DNA of 64,000 bases from Octopus sinensis (GCF_006345805.1 NC_043007.1:5766001-5830000), one strand, 5' to 3'; positions 27,496-41,107 are shown, counted from the first letter of the stretch. The notes: generated from the letters alone by a model not told the origin. Translations and numbers: made by a program.

Positions 27496-28369
27496 TTAGT
27501 GATGATAATAATAATAACAATATGTGATAAATATAACAGGACATGTAGCAAAATAGAAGGAACGTAGATGCTGCAGAATGTCATTGAATGAAAGAACAGG
27601 ATGAGAGAAGCAAGAGCAAAATCCGATAGACTAGTATCGATACATTAGTATCGATACACTAGTATCAGAGATCTGCAACACACGTGATCAAAAATGCGCC
27701 CCTGCATTTGGTCTGTAATTACATGAAAGAGATAAACATCGATGCTGAAGTTCCCAAGCGACATGAGAAGAAAACTCTCTTGCAACCAAATCATACGACT
27801 TGATTATGAGTTGGCTGGCAAAACAAAACAAAAAAAAAACAAAAAAAAAGAATACCATTAACTTCTGAATCATTTCGCGTCAGTTTTCCATGATAGATCG
27901 AATCCAATATTTTGTTAGGATACAATAAGTTGAAACGCCATGTCTGGCCCCAATGTCTTGGTTCTGGCATGGTTTCTACGACTGGATGCGAACTCATTTA
28001 CAAATTGCACTGAGTGCCCTTTTCATAGCACCAGCACTAACACGGACCTAGTAACTTGCTAGATTGATGGGCTCCCTCAATAGACAGAGGGAACAGGAGA
28101 TAAGATGGAGACGTTAACCTCTTAACATCTCCCTTAAAATGTGATGGGGTAGGAGCTCTGCCTAACCCTGATCATCTCATGTCAATAAGTTGCTGGTGGC
28201 TGGATCAATTCCTCTTATAGGTTGCAGAAGGTCTCTGGAGAAAATCCTTTGAATAGCAACTTACACAGCCAGCTTAGAAGCAGCTTCCAAACTCAGTATT
28301 ATAAGAGTCGAGAACGCAAATGAGAAACTGTCTACCTTATGTTGGTTTCAAAGTTTAAAAGAAGACCAG

Positions 28370-28545
28370 CGATTCTGGGGAAGGGATTAAGTGGATTCTA
28401 TCGACCCCAGTACTCAACGAACTCGAAAGGATGAAAAGCAAAGTCGACCTCGGTGGAATTTGAACTCAGAACGTAAGGGTGGACGAAATGCTGCTAAGCA
28501 TTTTACCCAGCGTACTACTATCGACTCTGCCAGCTCACCACCTTC
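28370..28545 (-). mobile_element. SINE family A copy (degenerate)
   Basis: 'gaaaggatgaaaagcaaagtcgacctcggtggaatttgaactcagaacgt'. Confidence 0.7.
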
Positions 28546-29773
28546 TGTTCACATGATATTAAAGGCATATCATGCGTGGGGGGAGGAGGTCACAGAAGAT
28601 GAGGAGAGTAGTCACAAGCATGTCTACCATTTGGAAGCATCTCCTCTGAACAACCGAATAGATCTTCACCAACAACTACTGCGTCCCATACGGCTCAGGT
28701 ATTCCTCAATGCAAAAATGCATTGAAGGTCTGAAGGTCTTAATTTTTAGCACCAAATTTTCCTACCAGAAAATGATAGTTTTTCTATTTATCTTATAATT
28801 AGAAAGGAAGGGGTACCCATGATCCTTTACAAAACCGCTGGAGCCAGATGGAAAGTAGGAAGAAGGTCTCCTCAAACCAGATGCTCTCCCAAGTAATTAC
28901 AACAGAGTAGGCTCTGCTAAAATCAGCCACGATAGCATGTGATGGTGTTGAATCGGCCGATTGATTAAGTCTACCTCCGGATGAGGCCATGGCGAGATTT
29001 TGAACTTAGAACGCAGAATGTCAGAGAAAATACTGCAAGGACAGATTTTATTGTTCCGCTGTTCTAGATTGGCCTCTTTTTAAAACTCCGAAAGGGTAAA
29101 AGCCTGCATATCCAGTATAAGCGTGTGAGTTTAGCTGGTGGTCTTGGGTCCAGTTCGTAATTCTGTCAAACGACATATGTATAGAAACTGGTTCAAGCAA
29201 AAGTAACAAGTGGAATAATCGAAATTTCCAGAATAACTTGTCTGGGAAACGGTATGAGAACAAACCACTGGATTCCGTAAGGGAATCGTTTCAAAGTTCC
29301 GAGGATGTTATATGAGAGGCATCTGAGGAGGATCGGAGAGTTACCGAAGTCTTAGGCATTACAAATGGAAATGAAAGGAAATGGTTCTAGACAGGAATGG
29401 AGATTAAAAATTTGTAGAGAAACCTCTCTGCAGCACTTGTTAATTAAATTTCATTCTTTCTCATTAGCAGAATTCCTCTCGTTAGCACTTTTACAAAAGA
29501 CAGAGTCAAATAGACCTGAGTGTGAAGAAGAGGTAGGCATTCGGAGAAGGAAAAAGAGAGAGAAAGAAAGCTAAGGAGAAATAAGAAAAGAGAGAGATAG
29601 AGAGGGTAAGAAAGAGAAACTGAGGAAAAAATTAGCAGGAAAAGGACGAAAGAGAAATAAATACTTGGAGGAAGAGAGAAAGGGGGGATGGGGCGGGGGG
29701 GGGAAGATAGAAATATAGACTAAACTGTTAGTTAGCTAGGCAAAAACATAAACAACTAGATGGGGAAGAGACC

Positions 29774-29853
<80 letters not shown>

Positions 29854-30199
29854 GACTGATACACAAACAATGAATGAAAAGGAGAAAAGAAGGAGAGGAA
29901 AACAGAAAGAAAAAGTAAGTTTGAGTTGTTTGGAGGTCATTAGAGTAAATAGGTCAGAAGCGGTGTCTGTAGTGAAAACCTTTGAAATTATCGCTGGCTC
30001 AGTTCACCCAACTAGAAATAAGTACTATGATGTAGTACAGTTTACCAAATTAAGAGCAAAAATAGAACAAGAACAACAGGATCACCCTTTAATTAACTGC
30101 TTTGTTAAAGTCGCATAAACAATCTTCGGATGAATCTTGGAGCGGCGGTTAACACTGTTATTATTTCTTGTCATGTTTTCTAGTTTTATGTCCATTTGT

Positions 30200-30200
<1 letters not shown>

Positions 30201-30260
<60 letters not shown>
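30201..30260. repeat. (CAG)20 trinucleotide repeat
   Basis: Direct inspection. Confidence 0.95.
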
Positions 30261-30262
<2 letters not shown>

Positions 30263-30427
30263 CCCCCAACACCCACCACCAGGTGAATTGTCGTGTCTTT
30301 GAACTGAGTTCAACGTTGTCTTTTGGGACTGTTGATTCGCGTTTGTATAATTACATCAGATTTGCTTTGTGCGAAGATGTGTTTTGTTCTTTCTAGAATT
30401 TACTTTATTGTTACGTTTGTTGGCCAT

Positions 30428-30467
<40 letters not shown>

Positions 30468-30956
30468 GTTGTTTTGTTGACTGGTGATTGCGTTTTGGTG
30501 AACGTATCTTCAATGAGTTTTGTCGTGTTATATTATCGGCTGATGAATGCATCGAGTATGTTCCGTGCGGTATGCGTTATAGCATGACGATTGTATAGAG
30601 TATGTGTTATATGAACGGTGTTACATGTTTTCGCAGCGGTAGTAACTATGCAGAGAACGCACTGTGAGTTATATTGGAAAGTGATTGAATGTATTAAGAG
30701 AGTTATGAGATTTAGTGGCAGATTATGTAGTATGTGCTATATTATTGGTTAGGGTATGTAATATATGAGTTCTGTTATGAATTTTAGCAGTTGGTAATGG
30801 GTTTTTAGAATATGTGCTGTGCAGTATGCGTTATATTATAGGGTAGTGATTATGTAGAGCAACGATGTCCGACATTTTTGGCACCAAGAACCGGTTTCAT
30901 GTAAGATGATTATCCCTCAGACCTAGAGAATCAACGCACATAATACAATATATTAT

Positions 30957-31395
30957 TACACATGGGGTACCCAAAAGTAACCTGAAACGTTCTCTGTGAG
31001 ACAAGCCCGTTGTAATTCAAGGCTTCCGCTGCTAGAAGCTATTTGATGCGACCCTCAGGCATCCACCTTCCGACCAGCGTTGTCAGCTGTGGTTGTCCTG
31101 CCACGTGTTGCGTCCTTGTTTTGCAGTGCTTCTACCCTGTTCGTCGATTCTTGTGATATTTGAAACGAAAAATACATTGTGCTTCCGTGAAATTCGGTTT
31201 TCTACTAGAGAAAGCGACGGCCGAAAGAGCTGTCTTACATTCCAACTTACAAGGAGGCTGCCGCGAGCAAAACACAAGTTTACGAGTGGTTTTCACCCCT
31301 TACGAATGGTCACTTATCGCTTGAAGACCAATTTTGTTCAGGGTGACCTCGCGAACGAATGAAAACATCATGAAAATTTATGAAGTGATCGAGTT
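30957..31395 (+). mobile_element. Mariner transposon 5' fragment (TIR remnant + transposase N-terminal HTH, frameshifted)
   Basis: TIR-like 'ggggtacccaaaagtaacc'; translation VKFGFLLEKATAE / TYKEAAASKTQVYEWFS...LSLEDQFCSG*P matches the mariner N-terminus. Confidence 0.8.
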
Positions 31396-31399
31396 TTTG

Positions 31400-31580
31400 A
31401 GGGGAGGGGAAATCGATTAGATCGGCCACAGTATTTGACTGGTGTTTATTTCATCGATCCTGAGAGGGTGAAAGACAAATAAATCTCGGTGGAATTTGAA
31501 CTCAGAACGTAAAGAAGAACGAAATGCAGATAAACACTTTGTTCAGCGTGTTAACGCTTCTGCCAAGTTCGTCGTCCTAA
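31400..31580 (-). mobile_element. SINE family A copy (degenerate)
   Basis: 'ctcggtggaatttgaactcagaacgtaaag...gcgtgttaacgcttctgcc'. Confidence 0.65.
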
Positions 31581-31841
31581 TTAATACCCACTAATAAAAT
31601 ACAATTCTCACAACATAATCTACATCAGTTCTGGACGAACATCCGTCTGTAAGACTTTCTGAATGGCACATTTAACAAAAAATCGCATTGAACATATTTA
31701 GCAGCGCCGCCCGGCTGATGATGAGTCTTGTCTTATGCAGCCCGTTTCTCGAAAAGGTTACCAATACTTGATCTACACAATCAAGGCTACAAGAATGCTT
31801 TTTTGTAAAGAGATCTATTCATGTTCATCCTCCTTCTCATA

Positions 31842-32072
31842 CCTATTTCTTTACTACCCACAAGGGGCTAAGCACAGAGAGGACAAACATGGACAAAGAA
31901 ACAGATTAAGTCGATAATATCGACCCCAGTGCGTAACTGGTACTTATTTAATCGACCCCGAAAGGATGAAAGACAAAGTCGACCTCGGCGGAATTTGGAC
32001 TCAGAACGTAAAGACAGACAAAATACCGCAAAGCATTTCGCCCGGCGTGCTAACGTTTCTGCCAGCTCGCCG
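31842..32072 (-). mobile_element. SINE family A, complete copy
   Basis: Full-length reverse complement of 35411-35648. Confidence 0.9.
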
Positions 32073-32594
32073 CATTCTTTCTCATCCTTGAGACCTAATT
32101 AGTGTTGGTGCCATTACTTCCGTACATCACATTTCGATTATTTCCATTTCAATGGTTTTCCACTTGATAGTTACTTGAATTTATCCCGAGGTGTGTTTAA
32201 AGCAGAAGGATTCAAGATTTCTATCAAAAGACAGAAATTTTCCTTCCAGTTCTTCATTATCCATTTCAATGGTTTGACTTAATTCTCTTCTCAATGTGAA
32301 CAGGATCCTTCCTCAATGTCGCATCCAGTCTTTCTTTAATGCTATTTGTAAGGACATAGTGTTTAACATCAAATTGTCGGCATATTGCCCCCCGAAAGAC
32401 ACAGCTACTAACTCTATCTCTCTATTGATATATTCTGACTTTGAAAAACTGGGCAACCAGAGACGACCGTGTCATTCATTTCAATACCCTGGTTGCATAC
32501 TTAACACATGATATTTGCCTCTTATTTCCCTAGGTTGTGCACGGACATACATACATACATATATATATATGTGTGCGTGTGTAAGTATATATAT

Positions 32595-32760
32595 ATTGTT
32601 TCTCTCCTTGTTTCTTTTCTGTGTATCTTTCTGTCGAAGAGCGTAGGCTTGAAACATAAAAGACTTGTTCTATTTCTATTCCTGAGCGCCATACTAATAC
32701 ATTTGTTTGTTTGTACTCCACTTGCCTTCGACTTTTGTTTATTTTCGTAAACATTCCCGT
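32595..32760 (+). mobile_element. GAGC-stem hammerhead-bearing repeat; motif at 32626-32663
   Basis: UCUUU-CUGUCGA-A-GAGC(GUAG)GCUU-GAAA-CA-UA-AAAGA; 5-bp stem I. Confidence 0.75.
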
Positions 32761-32763
32761 TAT

Positions 32764-32818
<55 letters not shown>

Positions 32819-33084
32819 TGTATGTATTTGTGTGCATCTATATATGCGTGTGTGTATTTATGTATGTATGCATGCATGCAGACGTATGTATGTATGTATG
32901 TATGTATGTATTCATGCAGGCATGTATGTATGTATGTAAGCATGTATGTGTGTATGTATGCATATGTGTGTGTATATATGCGTATGTATATATACATGTG
33001 TGTATATATTCATGTGTGTATATGTTTGTACATAGGTTGGTTTAGAAGTTCATTTCGCAACCACGAGGTTCCGGATTCACTACC

Positions 33085-33242
33085 TATGTACATTATTTAC
33101 ATTATTTACATTTGACAGATATTTGTCTTCATCTTGTTTGTTGTTACCACAATGTTTCGGCTGTTTTACTCTCCAGCCTCCATCAGGTGTGCTGGGGAAA
33201 TTCTGAACCCGGGTTCTCATTCCTAAGGTATTTTTTGCTGAT

Positions 33243-33245
<3 letters not shown>
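33085..33245 (-). mobile_element. GGCUG-stem hammerhead-bearing repeat (inverted partner of 33490-33700)
   Basis: Reverse complement: cacacCTGATGGA-GGCTG...CAGCC-GAAACATT-gtgg, then aatgtaaat repeats. Confidence 0.75.
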
Positions 33246-33280
<35 letters not shown>

Positions 33281-33285
33281 TAATA

Positions 33286-33325
<40 letters not shown>

Positions 33326-33418
33326 CATCAGAGCATCACAACAAATCACAGCACATACCCAAGGCACACAGAGCTGCGCTCGGTAGTGAAGTGAAAGCAC
33401 GCTATAAAAATAAAACTA

Positions 33419-33477
<59 letters not shown>

Positions 33478-33489
33478 TAATAACAACAA

Positions 33490-33700
33490 CAACATCAGCA
33501 AAAATACCTTAGGAATGAGAACCCAGTGTTGGGTTGAAAATCCTACCAGGACATCTGATGAAGGCTGGATAATAAATCAGCCGAAACGCTGTGGTAACAA
33601 CAAACAAGATGGGGACGCATATCCGTCTAATGTAAATAATGTAAATAATGTAAATAATGTAAATAATGTAAATAATGTAAATAATGTACAGAATTCCACG
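33490..33700 (+). mobile_element. GGCUG-stem hammerhead-bearing repeat; motif at 33552-33594
   Basis: CUGAUGA-A-GGCUG(10-nt loop)CAGCC-GAAA-CG-CU-GUGG, followed by an (AATGTAAAT)n tail. Confidence 0.75.
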
Positions 33701-33719
33701 TCTCAAAAATATAGATCAA

Positions 33720-34143
33720 TATGTATGTATGTGTGTGTGCGTGTGTGTATGTGTGTGTATACGTGTGGTGTATGTATGTATGTATGTATGTATGTATGTG
33801 TGTATGTATGTATGTATGTATGTATGCATGTATGTATGTAGGTAGGTAGGTATGTATGTATGTATGTATGTGTGTATGTATGTATGTATGTATGTATGTA
33901 TGTATGTATGTATGTATGTAGGTAGGTAGGTAGGTAGGTAGGTATGTATGTATGTATGTATGTATGTATGTATGTATGTGTGTGTGTATGTAGGTAGGTA
34001 TGTATGTATGTATGTATGTATGTGTGTATGTATGTATGTATGTATGTATGTATGTATGTAGGTAGGTAGGTAGGTAGGTAGGTAGGTATGTATGTATGTA
34101 TGTATGTATGTATGTAGGTATGTATGTGTGTGTGTATGTATGT
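33720..34143. repeat. (TATG)n/(TAGG)n compound microsatellite
   Basis: Direct inspection. Confidence 0.95.
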
Positions 34144-34282
34144 ATTACGGATTAAAATTGATCTTGTACTGCTAAAATGAGACAATCCATCGCTGCTTTA
34201 TGTCGAGAACGTTTGATCCGTTCTGAAAATGCTCACTAACTCCCTCACGTCTAATGATCTGTTTCTTCATTTTCCCCCTTCA

Positions 34283-34673
34283 TCTCCCTATATATAAAGC
34301 TGAAGTTGTCTGTGTATGGCAGGTTTGGTAGCCTTCAACTAACACTATCACTTCCGAGACCCTGCGGCGCATGTTGACCAAAATTGAAAGTATGATAGAA
34401 GAAGGCTTGCTTTTCCTTCCGTAGAAAATAAAATTCAAATCGGACCATGTTAACACCAAAAATTATATACATCAAAAAGGTGCTTTTTTTCTATGAAAAT
34501 CCCTATTTTTATGATTTTTTGACTGCTGTGTCGCCATTTTTCGGTGTATTTCAACTAGGAAAACGTCCACTTAAAGAGAATAACAAGCTACATAATGCAA
34601 AATATTTACTTTTCAAAAATTCTAATTCTAAAGGGTCGAAACAAACCCGAGCAACGCCGGGCGATACTGCTAG
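34283..34673 (+). mobile_element. Non-autonomous Helitron
   Basis: 5' TC...TATATATAAAG after an A; subterminal hairpin CCCGAGCAACGCCGGG; 3' CTAG followed by T. Confidence 0.8.
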
Positions 34674-34869
34674 TATATTGATAATTACATTTTGATTTAG
34701 TAATTTCCTTTATCTCCTTGATGTGTTTATTATCCTTATCGAAATCGTTCTCCTTGCTGTGGTTAATTTCTAGATTGCATTTAATTATCCACTTATTTAT
34801 GGATAAATATGTTTTGTTTTTCACAGCTCCCCATATCCCCTTCACCAGTTTCCTCTCCCCTATCCATTA

Positions 34870-36060
34870 TTGTTGTAGCAGTCATTTTTTATATGAAGCA
34901 ATGCATGTGACATATGTAAATCCTTTTTATATCAGTTTTCAGGTGATTGTATCGTAACAATATTTCTTGTTTCCAACTTGAAGCTCTTCAATATACTTAC
35001 ATTCCAATTTATTACTACGAAATTGTAGTTTTATAACTGGATTAGCTAGTGTGTTAATCCCTATAATCTTACTTCTCGTTTTAAATTCAGGTTCTTCTAA
35101 TATTACTGTCACTTTTCTAGTCTTCTTTTATAATTTTCCTTTCATTTGTGTTGCATCTTATCAGTTTCATCAGCTCCTAAGAATCAGTATGGATAACTCT
35201 GGTCTAATGCCTTGATTTCATTGGCTGTGTCTAATTTAATATTCTGCTTTAGCTAACTTGTCTGTTCTTACAGAAGCTTTGCCAGCATTTTTCTAATTCC
35301 AAACCCACTTCTATATCCTGAGTGATGCCGTGCTCATTTCTTTATTATGATTAAATTTATGATCAATCTTCAGGGTAAGTTTTTTTCTGAAAGGTATTTA
35401 TGTTTAATAAAAGGCAGCGAGCTGGCAGAAACGTTAGCACGCCGGGAGAAATGCTTTACAGTATTTCGTCTGCCGTTACGTTCTGAGCTCAAATTCCGCC
35501 AAGGTCGATATTACCTTTCATCTTTTCGGGGTCGATAAATTAAGTACCAGTTACGCACTGGGGTCGATATAATCGACTTAATCCGTTTGTCTGTCCTTGT
35601 TTTCCCCCTCTGTGTTTAGCCCCTTGTGGGTAGTAAAGAAATAGGTATTTGTATTTAATAGATTTAACTAATTCACATCGAAGAAATGGTTTACACTTCG
35701 CATTTTGCTTTTTATGACCATTGATGGTTTCATTCGGCAAATATTTTAAAAGACACCAAAATGTTTAAAAGCAGTAGAGGAGATCAGAAATCTCCTTCTA
35801 AGAACTCTCGTCTTGGTTTCGTTCATCTTTCCTCTGGGCTCTGCAGTTCTTTGCTATTTTTATTCCATTTTAACATGGTTTGGTCGATATACCGGTTTAG
35901 TGTTGACGCTGCTTATTTACATATGTCTGCAGTATCCAAAAAATGATTTCTGATAATCGATCCATGCCAGGCGTTTCCTTTCTCTTCCCGCTGCCTTTGA
36001 TTTACCATTTGCTAAGCCACCCTTTATTCCTTCTTCCAACGTGTCATTATTTCTTCTGGT
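34870..36060 (-). pseudogene. Highly decayed R4/Dong-clade RT fragment interrupted by a SINE
   Basis: Minus-strand remnants RLAWIDYQKSF and NIKLDTANEIKALDQSYPY*FLG match R4/Dong RT motifs; many stops and frameshifts. Confidence 0.6.
35411..35648 (+). mobile_element. SINE family A, complete copy (tRNA-like head, Meta-domain-like centre)
   Basis: ggcagcgagctggcagaaacgttagc...gttctgagctcaaattcc...cctttcatcttttcggggtcgataaattaagtaccag...gtagtaaagaaataggt. The centre resembles the MetaSINE/Sauria domain as recalled, not checked. Confidence 0.85.
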
Positions 36061-36530
36061 GAGCAGTCAACAGTTTAGGATCTTCGTATCTAGTTGAAAA
36101 ATAAGTTACAGGCCTGTAGCTTTGGAGGCCTGGTGTTTTTCATTTAAGGAATCGATAATCAATATACTCTCCCCCCCCCACACACACACTCCATCTATAA
36201 TAACAACTCAGTTGTTGATTCTTGTGTATTTATTAATTCACAGGATGCTGCTGTCGCAAATTCACGAGTATCTGAGACGTGTTTAGAACAGGTGATAGGT
36301 ACTTTGTCAAACCTAGGAGAATTTAGCAGTAAACAGCTTTTATGGTGTAGATGATCACTTTACTAATCCCGTGGGCCTCTGTCGCAGAGGTGCTATTAAG
36401 CTTTAGCAATATCACCCCTCTCCCCACTTCTCATACAATGTGGCTTTTCACTGTGATGAAAACATTTTTTATTCCATATTCTCCCGACGCAATATGATTG
36501 ATCTTCCGTTGATGTTGGTGATTCACTGCT

Positions 36531-36531
36531 G

Positions 36532-36600
<69 letters not shown>

Positions 36601-36611
36601 TACTACTACTA

Positions 36612-36645
<34 letters not shown>

Positions 36646-36699
36646 GCCACTACTACTACTACTACTACTACTACTATACTACTACTACTACTACTACCA

Positions 36700-36755
<56 letters not shown>
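36531..36755. repeat. (CTA)n microsatellite
   Basis: Direct inspection. Confidence 0.95.
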
Positions 36756-36756
<1 letters not shown>

Positions 36757-36963
36757 TGTGGATGTACCTGTAGTGTTTTGTTATTTTAATCAAATACGAT
36801 ATTCGCCAGAATGAAAGGAAAGTCGCTCACGTTTTTCCAAGCATGCCATCCCCCACCATACCTTCGCTAGATGATTTCTGCTAGCATAAATATATATTTT
36901 ATTTCTATGATGTCAACGGTTTTAAATATATTCTTTACATCTCTCTCTCTCTCTCTCTCTCTA

Positions 36964-37014
<51 letters not shown>

Positions 37015-38685
37015 AGTAAACACCTTCACTTGTATTTCGCAAAAAAAAAAAATTATTTCCATTTTATGGGAATATTTTTAACGCTTTTTATTTCCCGGAT
37101 TAGCTGACCAGAAAAGCACTTTCAGATAACAAGGTTCGATTCTGGATAGTGAAAGACGATCTGAACCATAGAAGAGTGTATTGTTTTACCTAGGTGTCGA
37201 TCCCTTCACCCATGTGCGTCTGTGTGTGTGTGTGTGTATCTGGCAGAGAGTTTTACCATTTATTTTCATTGTTTCTTAATTTTTTTACACTTCAAAGTAA
37301 TTAATTCTCTATGTTTATGATATTCATTTTGTTCCTGGTGGTGGATTGGTAAATTCGTCAGAATACAATATACAAATTGCTTTGCAGTATTCCTTCAGGC
37401 TTCTTTCCGAGTTCAAATCTCGCGAATGTCAACTTTATCATTTCGAATCTATAAAATAAAGAACAAGTCAAGCACTCAACTACAAAAATATGACCTTCTC
37501 AACGTTTTGTAGAATATGCTTGTCCCTACGCTTGCTTTTATAAAACTGTATTTGCCCATTCACGGGTGCCAGAAATGTTTTTGTTCTTCATCTTGAATTT
37601 GCTAATAAAGGTGGTGTGAACATTGGTGAAGCTAGTGGTGTTGTCGAGTTTGTTAATGGTGGTGGCGGTATCCTCTTCAAAATAATAAAATTGCTGGCAG
37701 TGGAAGCAGTGAGGATATGTTTTTTGGTCTTTTTAGCACTATGAGGTAAACTGATCGCACAAACCTATGCCCAGAGACATTCCCACTGTCATGGCTTTCC
37801 CCAGTGACCATTGATGTCCTTCCAGAGTAGTTATGACTACTTTATTAAGTTGTTCTTTACGAGCGGCGAGCTAGCAGACTCATAAGGATGATGGCGGTGA
37901 TGAAGATTGTGGCGATGATAATGATGATGATGGTTGTTGGGATGGTAGTCGTGATTGTGATGATGACAGAGCGATAATAGCAGTGTTGATTATGATGATG
38001 ATGATGGTGATTGTTGTTGTTGTTGTTATTATTATTATTATTATTATAGTGGAGGTGGTGGTGGTAGTACTCAGCGTCGAGAATGTGGTGATTTTGACTA
38101 TCATTGCGAGTGGTAATTATATCGCTGTAGTTGTGTTGTAGTTGTGCTGAAGAAGAAGAAGAAGAAGAAGAAGAAGAAGAAGAAGAAGAAGAAAGAAGAA
38201 AAAGAAGCAGCAGCAGCAGCAGCAGCAGCGGCGGCGTTGTCGCGGTGGTGTTAATTGTCGAGTGTTTCGTTCTCAGAGGTATAGACATTCTCCTTGTTAT
38301 GTAGAATGTCAAGTGTCTTAGAGAAAGCTCGAAAAGTGACATGAAATCTCTAAGAGTTGACAGTAGTTAAAGATGACAATGGTGGCGCCACTAACACGTT
38401 GCTTCAACTACACGCATGCAATGCTAACATAGGCGCCATCTTGAAATAGCTCTATTTCATAATTATACTCCATTGTGCTCCTCTTACATCTCTCTTTCTC
38501 TCCTTCTTTCTCTCTCCTTCCCTCTCTCCCACCCTCTCTGTCTCTTTTAGTGCATGTCTTGCTATCTCCATCGTTGGTTAACTCTCTCTCTCAAATTCAC
38601 TTAATCTCGCTTAAGATCTTACACTCACCTCTCCATTCAGCTCTCGGTTTGTCCTGCTCTCTCCTTCTCTCTCTCTTTCTCCAAC

Positions 38686-38760
38686 TACCTACCTACCTAC
38701 CTACCTACCTACCTACCTACCTACCTACCTATATATGCATGTATGCATCTATCTATCTAG

Positions 38761-38829
<69 letters not shown>

Positions 38830-38830
38830 G

Positions 38831-38870
<40 letters not shown>

Positions 38871-39049
38871 CTCTATCTTTCTATCGATCTATCTATCTAT
38901 CTATCTATCTCTATCTAGCTATTTATTTATTTGTTTATTTGTTTGTCTGTCTATCTGTCTACCTACCTACCTACCTACCTACCTACCTACCTACCTACCT
39001 ATATATGCATGTATGCTTGTATGTATGCATCTATCTATCTGTCTATCTG

Positions 39050-39124
<75 letters not shown>
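38686..39124. repeat. Duplicated (ACCT)n-TATATGCATGTATGC-(ATCT)n block; left target of the Tx1 insertion
   Basis: The block occurs at about 38686-38955 and again at about 38958-39124. Confidence 0.9.
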
Positions 39125-39125
<1 letters not shown>

Positions 39126-39345
39126 CACAATGGACGGACGCTAGTCATTTCGGTTCCACGTAAGTTGGCCACTTTTATATGTTTAAAACTCCTTGTTGTA
39201 AAATATTTTGTTTTAATCGTTGTGCAAGTTCATTCACTAAAAAACCTGAGAATTATTCACGTAGAATTCCGCCCCTATATGGGCGAAATTACCAAAAACT
39301 TTCAAAACTTTCGTTGGTCCTTTTTAGCCATTTTTCATTTTGAAA

Positions 39346-41107
39346 ATGGCAACTAGAAACCACGTGGCTAGCCCGCCAGTCATGCAGAACGGTAGCGAAA
39401 CACTATTGCTACCACTAGCTGCTAAACCTCGCAGCTTGAACACCGCTGTCACCACCACCACCACCAACAACAACGAAATGGGCACAAAGCCGCCTACCAA
39501 AGACAACACCGCCAACACCAACACCACTACTACTTCAACTGCTACAACTAACCCTTCTGCTACCAACACCGCCAAATTTAAAACGAATTTCGCGGATGTG
39601 ACAAAACAAAAACGAACAATTGTAAAATTCACCACACAGGAAATAAACCGCACAAAAGCACTCTTCACCAAAGAAGGAGACAAATTGCACCTTCACATTC
39701 CACAACACATCGTGGAAAACACACACACAAAAAAACAATAATTTATAAAGTAATAAACAAGAAAACAAGACGACCAGAAAATGCACCACAGGAAAAAATT
39801 GAAAAATGCCTTCGTCCTGCATGGGACTCGAAGGAGTATATCAGTTGGGGAAATAAATTTGGTACAGTCCAAGTACGTTTCCTCAACGAAAATTTAGCAA
39901 AACGTTTTTCCACATTGGAGCTGCATTCGGACGATTTGGTAATGATACCAATCTATTTAAACAAGAGAATCTCGAAAGTCCAAATAAAAAATGTACCCCT
40001 TGAAGTCGAAACACAATGGTTAGTCTCTGCCATCTGCTTTGAAATGACAGAGACAATGTCAGAGACAAACATCCTTGAAATCGCTGTTCTAGGAGAGAAA
40101 GACTATGTGGGAAAATCAATCGAATTCCTTCTTCAATTGGATGAAGCAGCAAAAGAGAAGATACCCACCACTATAGAACTGCCAGGAGGCTACAAACTTT
40201 ATGTAGTGGTAGAGGGCAGGCGACCACGCTGCTATTTGTGTGGAAGCGAAACACACTTGAAAAAGACGTGCCCAACCACTGCACACCAAGAGCAACAACA
40301 ACAACCACTACCACAACCAAAGCACTCCGGAAAAAAAGCTCTACTACCCACACCACCATCAACACAGAAGACGACAAGAGAAGCACACCAAGCTAATCCG
40401 TCATCAACCAAAACCACTCAACACCTGAAAAAATACCAACACCACCAACAACAGCAAAACCCAAAGGAACAGAAAAACAAAGAAAACACACAAAAACTGA
40501 TCTCCCATCCCTTATACCGCACTCAACACACGCAAACACTCAACAACCAACAACAACGAAAACAACAGCACAACCACTTACACAGACATATATAGAAGCC
40601 TACAACATACCCCTACCCCCTACTGATTCCTCAGAAATTTCGTCAGAAGACGAAACCAGTGAGGAATGGCAAATAGCTACAAAAAGAAGGAAAATAAAGA
40701 GCAGAAACACAACCAAACCAAATGCAAACACGAACAAAGCAGGGGGAAATAAATCTCCCGAAGACATTTCAAAACCCAACACAAACAACAGCCACACCAA
40801 CACCACAAAAATATATACAGCAAACATGCTCACAGCTATAGACACCAAAAACACAAATTTGATGGAATACATCCAATCAAAAACAAACATAACAGAAGAT
40901 GACATAAAAACAAACAATCACCCATACACAACACCACCAAACCACATCAAAATATTACACATCTCCAAAAGTCTGCACCACACACTCAAAGGCATTTTCC
41001 CCAGTGCGGTTGGTAAATGCCAAAAATATCTCACAAAGAAACTGTACTGGGATCTCCTTCAAAAACTTTCGAGCAGTGTATTCTATTCTAATTCATTAGG
41101 ATTATGA
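39346..41107 (+). CDS. Tx1 ORF1 (gag-like, RRM-like region + single CCHC knuckle); two -1 frameshifts; about 587 aa if corrected
   Basis: Three consecutive open segments (39346-39741, about 39736-40595, about 40397-41107); CYLCGSETHLKKTC fits C-X2-C-X4-H-X4-C. Confidence 0.8.

Noticed and set aside
33640-33690. Regular 9-bp repeats, and the 27628-27665 palindromic 'tagtatcgatac' repeats, as CRISPR-like arrays
   Set aside because: No unique spacers; simple tandem repeats in a eukaryotic context.
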